Shown here: positions 9,753 to 18,213 of the stretch, one piece after another
How positions within the stretch are numbered: position 1 is the first letter of the stretch
Layout: every line of letters begins with the position of its first letter
From: Polyangiales bacterium
GTDB lineage: Bacteria; Myxococcota_A; Polyangia; Polyangiales; Ga0077539
Assembly (NCBI GenBank): GCA_044229975.1
Contig: JBGARZ010000015.1
Span: 157,525-221,524 of the forward strand
Length of the DNA: 64,000 nucleotides
Direction of reading: 5' to 3'
The notes under the pieces: model-generated
What the model was told of the DNA's origin: nothing
Seen by the model: the letters and a program-made list of their open reading frames with translations, nothing else
The model's database searches: none
Position numbers and translations under genes: made by a program

Positions 9753-11894
9753 ATGCGCTTGCTGGGGGTCTGGTGCTTCGTGGGAGTCCTGGGGCTGGTG
9801 CGACCGGCTTGGGGTTTCAACTACCCCGAGCACCGCGAGATCACGGCGTCGTCCATCAGGACACTGCTCGCTGAAGAAGATTGTGAGGGGCCGCGACCCG
9901 ACCATCGCCTGTACGACATGCTCACCAGCCTCAGCGAAGTACTTCGCGACGGCCGAGAGGGGGCACTCCCGCTCTGTCGCGCCGAAAACTTCGCCGCGCC
10001 GCTCCAGGACGCGCCGCAGTGCTTCGATGCCGCCGACCTGCCCGCGCTCTCGGCCGACCACTCGTCGTCCCCGGCCGCGCTCATGCGCCGTTGGACCCGC
10101 TTTTCCGAGGAGACCTCCAGCGAGGTGGGCAACCTCTTCGTGGCGCTCCCGCGGCTCGACCGCGCCGATCGGTCCCCGTCGTATTGCAACGATGTCGAAG
10201 AGGTCTCCAATCCCGCCCTGCTCATCGAGGCGACGCGGGCCGCGCGCGTGGGGGCGCGCTACGCCGGGCCGGGCTCCATCGACGATCGCCTGGAGGTCGC
10301 TGACGCTGCGTACCTCTGCCTTGCGGAGTTCAGCCGCCCCCACTTCCGCCTCCCCGAGGTGCTGCCCATCGACGCCGCCCTCAGCGCTTCGGAAAACGCC
10401 GCGTCGGCCTACGCTCGGTACCACCTCGGCGCGCTCATCGTGGCCCAGTACGCCAACGAGGAAGCGTTCTCGAACCTCGATCGCACGCAGGTCGAGGGGC
10501 TCGCGCTCATGCTGGAGATGTATGCGCTCCACTTCCTGGAAGACAGCTTTGCGGCGGGGCACATCGTCACGCCGCGGCTGCACGTCGGCGACGCCGCCGC
10601 GCGCGCTTCGCACGACCGGACCAACCGAGAGGGCCTCTGGGTGCGGCTGCCCGACGCGCTCTGCCAGGAAGCGGACAACGACCACTCGGGAGACGCGGTT
10701 CCCGCCGGGTTGCGCGATCGACACGATCGCGATGACCCATGGTCGCTCCTCTGGGCATGCGACCGCGAGCACACGCCACTGGCTAGCGATCCGCTGGACC
10801 GCGGTCGGGGAATCGTGCTCATCCACGGCGATCACGCCTTCATGGGGACGCGCCGTTCGCAACCCGACCAGGTGTCGTTCAACCTGGCACGCCTCGCGGT
10901 GACGGCGTCGTTGCGGGATGTGCGGGCGGTGCTTCGCGGCACGGCCGACCTCCCCAAGGTGACGCGCCGCTGGTCGGGAGGGGACCAGCTCCCCGCGCTC
11001 CACGGGCTCCGAGGTACCGACCTCTTGTCGACCTGGGACAACCATCTGTCGCACGATGTCCCCGGGTGGTCTTCGGCGCGCCTGCTACACGAGGCGGTGC
11101 GGGAGACTCGCATCGACGATGAGGTTGACGAGACCGTGCGACCGCTGCGGGCGCTGCTCATGCTCCCGACCCAGGCCGAGCTTCGCCCCGAGGAGCAGGC
11201 GCTGAGCGGCCTGACGCTGCGCGCTCGCTCAGGCGTCCACGCCCTCTATCGGCCGACGGGCACGCAGGCCGACAGTTGGAACCTCCTCCCTGAACTCGGG
11301 TTCGGCTTCTCGTTGGTGACGCCGCCACCGACGGGGTCGATGTATTTCCAGTTCGGCCTCGACTTCACCCTGACGCTGCCCACGCGCCTCAGCGACGCGA
11401 GCGGGAGCGTCGTACCGGGCTTCCCCTTTCCCACGGTGATTCCGTACTTCGGTGTCCATTGGCGGCGGACGCACATCACGGTGGGGTGGCGCTTCTTCGA
11501 CCCGCTGCTGGTCTTCGACGGGGAGGGTGACCCCGTGCTCCACCCGCTCGGCATGGGCGCAGAGGTCTCCGTGGGCGTACGCGCCGCGACGTGGAACTTC
11601 AGCGCTCTCGATGTGGACTTCGGGTTCCGCGTGACGGGCGACCTGCTCACGGGTGACACACACCTGGGCCCCGGGCTGGTGTTGCGGTTCAGCACCATCG
11701 CGTCGCGCGTCGGCGTCACGTCAGGCCGGGTTCCCTCGACGGGCGGGGAGCGTGACGAAGAAGACGACGAGGAGGTGGGCCTGCCCGAGCGCTTCAACGA
11801 CACGACCCAAGGCGCGAGCGCACCAGCGCCCGTGCGAGCGCCGGTGCCCGTGCCAGCGCCGGTGCCATCGCGACGACTGCCTTCGAGTGATTGA
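9753..11894 (+). CDS. Secreted protein with Zn-dependent phospholipase C / S1-P1 nuclease-like domain and a beta-rich C-terminal domain
   Basis: Signal AWG|FNYPEH, ALSADH, ALHFLEDSFAAGH, SHD; alternating hydrophobic beta strands in the C-terminal third. Confidence 0.6.
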   Translation: MRLLGVWCFVGVLGLVRPAWGFNYPEHREITASSIRTLLAEEDCEGPRPDHRLYDMLTSLSEVLRDGREGALPLCRAENFAAPLQDAPQCFDAADLPALSADHSSSPAALMRRWTRFSEETSSEVGNLFVALPRLDRADRSPSYCNDVEEVSNPALLIEATRAARVGARYAGPGSIDDRLEVADAAYLCLAEFSRPHFRLPEVLPIDAALSASENAASAYARYHLGALIVAQYANEEAFSNLDRTQVEGLALMLEMYALHFLEDSFAAGHIVTPRLHVGDAAARASHDRTNREGLWVRLPDALCQEADNDHSGDAVPAGLRDRHDRDDPWSLLWACDREHTPLASDPLDRGRGIVLIHGDHAFMGTRRSQPDQVSFNLARLAVTASLRDVRAVLRGTADLPKVTRRWSGGDQLPALHGLRGTDLLSTWDNHLSHDVPGWSSARLLHEAVRETRIDDEVDETVRPLRALLMLPTQAELRPEEQALSGLTLRARSGVHALYRPTGTQADSWNLLPELGFGFSLVTPPPTGSMYFQFGLDFTLTLPTRLSDASGSVVPGFPFPTVIPYFGVHWRRTHITVGWRFFDPLLVFDGEGDPVLHPLGMGAEVSVGVRAATWNFSALDVDFGFRVTGDLLTGDTHLGPGLVLRFSTIASRVGVTSGRVPSTGGERDEEDDEEVGLPERFNDTTQGASAPAPVRAPVPVPAPVPSRRLPSSD

Positions 11895-11949
11895 ACAGCG
11901 CTCGGGCCGGTGGGCAACCCCGGCCCGCTCGTACTACAACGCCGCGCCT

Positions 11950-13059
11950 ATGGACGATTCGGACGACGGGGCGCGGGCGAAGCTGCCGGGGGTTGTTCCG
12001 CTGAAGAACCTCACGCGAGGCCACGTGTCGGTCGCGAAGGTGCTGCGCGGCTGGTACGTCGCGGCGCGCGCCGACGAGCTCACCGACAAGCCCCTCGCGG
12101 TGACCATCTGGGACATCCCGATGGTGCTCTTCCGCGGCGCGAGCGGGAAGCCCACGGCCCTGCTCGACCGCTGCCCCCACCGCAACGTTCCGCTCTCGCT
12201 GGGCCGCGTCGTCGACGCGCAGTTGGAGTGCGGCTATCACGGCTGGCGCTTCGGCGCGGACGGCGGTTGTCGCTTCGTCCCGTCGCGGGTGGGCGACGAT
12301 GCGACGGACGGGCGGGCGCGGAAGGTCCCGTGGTTTCCGACGCGCGAGCTCGACGGCTTCATCTGGGTGTACCCGACCCCCGAGGCGGCGCCCGACGAGG
12401 AGCCGTACCGCTTCGCGTACGTCGGCGCGAAGGGATACGACCACTCGTATTCGATGGTCACCGCGGAGAGCACCCTGCACGCCGCGATGGAGAACGCGCT
12501 CGACGTCCCGCACACGGCCTTCCTGCATAAGGGGCTGTTTCGGAGCGAGAGCCGCGGGGTGACCATCACCGCCGTCGTGCGCCGCGGGAAGGACCGCGTG
12601 GAGGCCGAGTACCTCGGAGAGACGCGACCGCCAGGATTGGTCGCGCGGCTGCTATCACCGTCGGGCGGTGAGGTGTCGCACTTCGATCGCTTCATCCTGC
12701 CGGGCATCGCCGAGGTCGAGTACCGGTTGGGCAATGAGAACCACCTGATGGTGGCCACCGCGATGACGCCGGTGTCGGACTTCGAGACGCGGTTGCATGC
12801 GGTGGTGAGCTTTCGGCTGAGGGTTCCGCACGCGGTGGTGAAGCGGGCGCTCAAGCCGCTGGCGATGCAGATCTTCAAGCAGGACTCGGTGATGCTGAAG
12901 GCGCAGACCGACGTGGTGCGGCGCTTCGGCGGTGAGCAGTTTGCGTCGACGGAGATCGACGTATTGGGTCGTCACATCTGGCGACTTTTGAAGGCGGCCG
13001 AGCGCGGCGAAGTGCTGAAGGACGAGACGACGGAGGAGCGGGTCGAGCTGGTGGTGTAG
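11950..13059 (+). CDS. Rieske [2Fe-2S] aromatic ring oxygenase / VanA-like alpha subunit
   Basis: CPHR...CGYHGW Rieske motif; ENALDVPHTAFLH mononuclear Fe site. Confidence 0.92.
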   Translation: MDDSDDGARAKLPGVVPLKNLTRGHVSVAKVLRGWYVAARADELTDKPLAVTIWDIPMVLFRGASGKPTALLDRCPHRNVPLSLGRVVDAQLECGYHGWRFGADGGCRFVPSRVGDDATDGRARKVPWFPTRELDGFIWVYPTPEAAPDEEPYRFAYVGAKGYDHSYSMVTAESTLHAAMENALDVPHTAFLHKGLFRSESRGVTITAVVRRGKDRVEAEYLGETRPPGLVARLLSPSGGEVSHFDRFILPGIAEVEYRLGNENHLMVATAMTPVSDFETRLHAVVSFRLRVPHAVVKRALKPLAMQIFKQDSVMLKAQTDVVRRFGGEQFASTEIDVLGRHIWRLLKAAERGEVLKDETTEERVELVV

Positions 13060-13074
13060 GTCGGACCACCCGCC

Positions 13075-13557
13075 ATGCGCATCACGGACACACTCGCGCT
13101 CGCCTCGCTCTGCGCCGCGTGCGCGTCGACCGCTGCGCCCGTCGCGGTCGGTCCGTCGTCCGTCGCGCCTGCCCCGCCTGTGCCGCCATCGCGCTCAGCG
13201 GCGCCCGCACCACCGCCTCCGCCGACGCGCGATCACACCCTGGAGGTCGACGAGCTCCCACCCGCCTTCGCGCAGCTCTCTCCGCGCGATCGCGAGCGCT
13301 GGCACGCCTGCCACATCTTCTTCCTCGTCGACCGCCGCACCGGCGCGCCCACCGAGCGCTACGCCCCGACGCCGGGGAGCGTCTACCGCCCGCCCACGGA
13401 GCAGCACCTCGGCTTCAGCGTCACGGCCGCGCAATATGTCGCGGTCGCGGAGCCCGATCGCCGCGGCTTTCTCATCGGACACGGTTGCCCGGAGAGCCTC
13501 GTCGACCTCGCCGACGGGACGCATCTCGACATCGTCGAGTCCGCTCCGCAGCCGTAG
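13075..13557 (+). CDS. Hypothetical lipoprotein
   Basis: Lipobox-like LCAAC, Pro-rich linker, coding-like codon usage. Confidence 0.6.
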   Translation: MRITDTLALASLCAACASTAAPVAVGPSSVAPAPPVPPSRSAAPAPPPPPTRDHTLEVDELPPAFAQLSPRDRERWHACHIFFLVDRRTGAPTERYAPTPGSVYRPPTEQHLGFSVTAAQYVAVAEPDRRGFLIGHGCPESLVDLADGTHLDIVESAPQP

Positions 13558-13565
13558 CGCAGTGC

Positions 13566-13718
13566 CGTCGCGCCCGTCTGCCGCGGGTTGAAAACCCACG
13601 GCAGCCAAGGGAAAGCCCGCGTGGCGGGCTGCCCATGTGCGAGGGCATTGACCAACCCGCTGTGCGGGTTTTCCCTTGGCTGCCGTGGGTTTTCAACCCG
13701 CGGCAGACGGGCGCGACG
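13566..13718. repeat. REP/REPIN-like inverted-repeat doublet, family A copy 1
   Basis: 55-bp arms (13566-13620 and 13664-13718) with one mismatch; each arm holds the short hairpin CCGCGGGTTGAAAACCCACGG; lies between convergent genes. Confidence 0.85.
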
Positions 13719-13744
13719 ACTTCAATGCGAGTGGCCTCAAGCCC

Positions 13745-14857
<1,113 letters not shown>

Positions 14858-14966
14858 GGTGACCCCGGGCGTTAGCAGAGGGTGACGCGGGGAGGGAAGA
14901 TTCTCGCGGCCTGGTAGGGGCGTAGGTGACGACCGATCAGCTCCTGACGCATGATGGCCCCGCCTC

Positions 14967-15644
14967 ATGGTGGACCCCCCTCCTCGTCGACGATCGCTGC
15001 TCGGCTCGCCGAGCACGCCCACCATGCTCGCGCTCAATGGCCTCGGCATCACCGTCGCCGCAGCGCTCGCCCTCCACCGCGGCGGCGTCTCGCTTCCGCG
15101 CGCGGCCCTCTTCGCCCTCCTGGGCGCCAACCTCTGGACGCTCGTCGAGTACGTCGTGCATCGCGCGCTGCTCCACGGCGCCATGGCCCGCTCCCACGCG
15201 CGCCATCATCGCGAGCCGGCCAACGTCCGCTTCCTCCACGGTCCGCTCTCCGCGTGGGCCGTCACCTACGCCGTGTCCCTCGTCGGCCTCACCCTTTCGT
15301 TTGGCCTCGCTCGCGGGCTCTGGGCCTTCGTCGGGCTCAACGCCGCCTACGTGGTCTTCGAGCTCACCCACGCCGCCGTCCACGCCGACTTCAAGGCCCG
15401 TTGGTTTCGCCCCGCGCGGGTCTTCCACGCCTCCCACCACTACGGTCGCGTCACGCGCGCCTATGGCTTCTGCACGCCGTTCTGGGACTGGGTCTTCGGC
15501 ACCCTCGGGCCCGCCCATCGCTTCCCGCGGCTCGCCCTCTGGCTCGTCCCGCTGCCCATCCCGATGGTGCACTTCGTCCTCGCCGCGGCCCTCGCCCCGA
15601 TGCCCGATGCCGACGTCGTCGCCGACCCCGAAACCTCGGCCTGA
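14967..15644 (+). CDS. Sterol desaturase / fatty acid hydroxylase family protein
   Basis: His boxes EYVVHRALLH, HARHH, HAAVH, HASHH; YGFCTPFWDWVFGT; start could be 15024. Confidence 0.85.
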   Translation: MVDPPPRRRSLLGSPSTPTMLALNGLGITVAAALALHRGGVSLPRAALFALLGANLWTLVEYVVHRALLHGAMARSHARHHREPANVRFLHGPLSAWAVTYAVSLVGLTLSFGLARGLWAFVGLNAAYVVFELTHAAVHADFKARWFRPARVFHASHHYGRVTRAYGFCTPFWDWVFGTLGPAHRFPRLALWLVPLPIPMVHFVLAAALAPMPDADVVADPETSA

Positions 15645-15739
15645 CCCGGCCCACGCCTTGCTCAAACGCCTCGCAGTACCCTTCGCCACCGCGGACTTGA
15701 GCCACGTTGGCACAATCCGGTTAGGCTCTCGCGACCGCC

Positions 15740-17038
15740 ATGACAGACCTCGGCCCACGCCCGCGCTCGCTCCCCATCGCCCCGACCGCGGCGCCCGCCC
15801 GGCGCAACCTCCCGCTGGCCAACGAGACCCGCGCCATCGATCAGCGCTGGCGGCCCATCTACGCCGTCTGGGAGATCACGCTGCGGTGTGACCTCTCGTG
15901 CCGCCACTGCGGCTCGCGCGCGGGTCGTACGCGACCCGACGAGCTCACCACCGAGGAGTGTCTCGACCTCGTGAAGCAGATGGCCGAGCTCGGCACCAAG
16001 GAGGTCACCCTCATCGGCGGCGAGGCGTACCTCCGCGACGACTGGACCGACATCGCCCGTGCCGTTCGCGCCCACGGCATGGACTGCACGATGACCACCG
16101 GCGGCCGCGGCCTCACCTACGAGCGCGTCGTCGCCGCGAAGGAAGCGGGCATCCGCAGCGTGAGCGTCAGCGTCGACGGGCTCGAAGAGACCCACGACGC
16201 GCTGCGCGGCGTGAAGGGGAGCTTCCGCTCGGCCTTCGAGGCGATGGGTCACCTGAAGCGGGCGGGCATTCCGTTCTCGGCCAACTCGCAGTTCGGCCGC
16301 AAGAGCATCAAGGAGATGCCGGCGGTGTTCGATCGTCTCGTCGAGGCGGGCATCCACTCGTGGCAGACGCAGATCACCGTCGCCATGGGGCGCGCCGTCG
16401 ACGAGCCCGAGCTGTTGCTGGAGCCCTACCAGATGCTCGAAGTGCTCGCGATGCTGGCGCGGCTCAAGCCCGTCGCCGACGCCAACCGCGTGCGCATCTG
16501 GCCGGGCAACAACATCGGGTACTTCGGCCCCTACGAGACGCTCCTTCGCGGAACGCTCCCGCGCGGCCACATGGCCTCCTGCGGCGCCGGGCGTTCGACG
16601 CTCGGCATCGAGGCCGATGGGTCCATCAAGGGGTGCCCGTCGCTGCCGACGCTGGAGTACACGGGCGGCAACATCCGCGACACGTCACTGAAGGACATCT
16701 GGGAGCGATCGGCCCCGCTGCGCTTCACGCGCGACCGCACCGTCGAAGACCTCTGGGGTCACTGCCGTGACTGCTACTACAACGACACCTGCCGCGCGGG
16801 CTGCTCGTGGACCACGCACGTTCTCCTGGGCAGACCGGGCAACAACCCGTTCTGCCATCACCGCGCGCTGGAGCTGCTGCGCAAGGGCCGTCGTGAGCGG
16901 GTGGTTCGCGTGCAGGCCGCGCCGGGTGAGCCCTTCGATCACGGGCTCTTCGACATCGTCGAAGAGGACTGGCCCGCCGACGAACTCGAGAGAGCCCAAC
17001 GACTCGCGGAGACCGGCGAAGGCTGGCTCACGGACTGA
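15740..17038 (+). CDS. Radical SAM/SPASM peptide maturase (splicease-like), paralog 1
   Basis: VWEITLRCDLSCRHCGSRAG (CxxxCxxC), IGGEAYLR, SPASM CGAG...KGCPSL and CRDCYYNDTCRAGC...NPFC. Confidence 0.93.
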   Translation: MTDLGPRPRSLPIAPTAAPARRNLPLANETRAIDQRWRPIYAVWEITLRCDLSCRHCGSRAGRTRPDELTTEECLDLVKQMAELGTKEVTLIGGEAYLRDDWTDIARAVRAHGMDCTMTTGGRGLTYERVVAAKEAGIRSVSVSVDGLEETHDALRGVKGSFRSAFEAMGHLKRAGIPFSANSQFGRKSIKEMPAVFDRLVEAGIHSWQTQITVAMGRAVDEPELLLEPYQMLEVLAMLARLKPVADANRVRIWPGNNIGYFGPYETLLRGTLPRGHMASCGAGRSTLGIEADGSIKGCPSLPTLEYTGGNIRDTSLKDIWERSAPLRFTRDRTVEDLWGHCRDCYYNDTCRAGCSWTTHVLLGRPGNNPFCHHRALELLRKGRRERVVRVQAAPGEPFDHGLFDIVEEDWPADELERAQRLAETGEGWLTD

Positions 17039-17056
17039 AAGAGGAGACCCACGTCG

Positions 17057-17617
17057 ATGTATCAACCGCTCGCCCCCTGTCCCGGATGCGCCCGCCACGT
17101 GAGGGTCGCCGACCGGAGCTGTCCCTTCTGCGGGACCTCCTTCGCGTCGGCCCTGATCCCGCAGCCCGGCGTCGACGCGCGCCGTCGGCTCTCGCGCGCG
17201 GCGCTCGTGACCTTCGCCGCCACGCTGGGCGCGGCGGGCTGCGGTGCCACCGTGACCAACACCGACGCGGGCGGCACCCTCGACGTCGGTGCGGCGGTCG
17301 ATCGACCCGTCGCGGTCGACAACGGCGCGCGCGACGCGGGCACACCCGACACTGGCTTCGTGACCCGCGACTCGGGCGCGCCGGACGACCACGGCGGCCC
17401 CGTGGCGGCGTACGGCGGGCCCTTTCCGACCGACGCAGGACCGCCCGACGACGAGGGCAACAGCAGCGCGGACTACGGCTCGCCGCCGCCGCGCGACGCG
17501 GGCAACGGACCCGACGACGACGGCGGCAGCGCGGCGGAGTACGGCGCGCCGCCCGGTGACAGCGGCTTCTTCCCGCTGTACGGCTCGCCCCCGCGACCCG
17601 ACGACGCAGGACTTTGA
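17057..17617 (+). CDS. Putative multi-core RiPP precursor lipoprotein 1 (Zn ribbon + lipobox + 4 YG motifs)
   Basis: RBS GAGGAG; CPGC-x10-CPFC; RRRLSRAALVTFAATLGAAGC signal; AAYGGP, ADYGSPP, AEYGAPP, PLYGSPP. Confidence 0.8.
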   Translation: MYQPLAPCPGCARHVRVADRSCPFCGTSFASALIPQPGVDARRRLSRAALVTFAATLGAAGCGATVTNTDAGGTLDVGAAVDRPVAVDNGARDAGTPDTGFVTRDSGAPDDHGGPVAAYGGPFPTDAGPPDDEGNSSADYGSPPPRDAGNGPDDDGGSAAEYGAPPGDSGFFPLYGSPPRPDDAGL

Positions 17618-17677
17618 CAGGGCGGGTGCGCCCGTACTTTCTTCCCACACCCACTAACGCTTGAAAGGAGACTCTTC

Positions 17678-18211
17678 ATGGCAGCTTCACTGGTTCCTTG
17701 TCCCTCGTGCGCGCGGCACGTTCGTTCGACGGAGGGCGCTTGTCCCTTCTGTCGCACGGCGCTGTCGTCCAACCTCGCCGCCCGCGCGGTGCCCGGCACC
17801 ACCCAGCGCCTGAGCCGCGCCGCCGCGTTCACCTTCGCGGCCTCCCTCGCCGCCACCGGTTGCGCGAGCGACCCGGTTCCGAGCGACGCCGCGACCACCA
17901 CCGACGTCGGAACCGACTCCGGCACCGTCACCGACCGCGGCAACCCCACCGACACGCAGACCCCGGCCGACGTGCAGACCCCGGCCGATGTGCAGACGGT
18001 CACCGACAGCGGCCCGCAGGACAGCGGCGGCGGGATGGCCCTCTACGGCGGCCCTCCGGTGGACAGCGGAACGCAGACCGACGGCGGCACCGATCCCGAG
18101 GACGGCGGCGGCGTGGCTCCGCTCTACGGCCTGCCCCCGCCCGACGCGGGTCAGGACGGCAGCATCGGTGTTCGCTACGGTTCTCCGCCCCGGCCCGACG
18201 CCGGGGTCTGA
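17678..18211 (+). CDS. Putative multi-core RiPP precursor lipoprotein 2 (Zn ribbon + lipobox + 3 YG motifs)
   Basis: RBS AAGGAG; CPSC-x10-CPFC; QRLSRAAAFTFAASLAATGC signal; ALYGGPP, PLYGLPP, VRYGSPP. Confidence 0.8.
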   Translation: MAASLVPCPSCARHVRSTEGACPFCRTALSSNLAARAVPGTTQRLSRAAAFTFAASLAATGCASDPVPSDAATTTDVGTDSGTVTDRGNPTDTQTPADVQTPADVQTVTDSGPQDSGGGMALYGGPPVDSGTQTDGGTDPEDGGGVAPLYGLPPPDAGQDGSIGVRYGSPPRPDAGV

Positions 18212-18213
18212 TC

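Noticed and set aside
11903..11927. GC hairpin after the PLC-like gene
   Set aside because: No U-tract and the next gene is co-directional; cannot be called a terminator.
15708..15725. Sigma-54-like TGGCAC upstream of rSAM1
   Set aside because: No GC/TTGC at the required -12 spacing.
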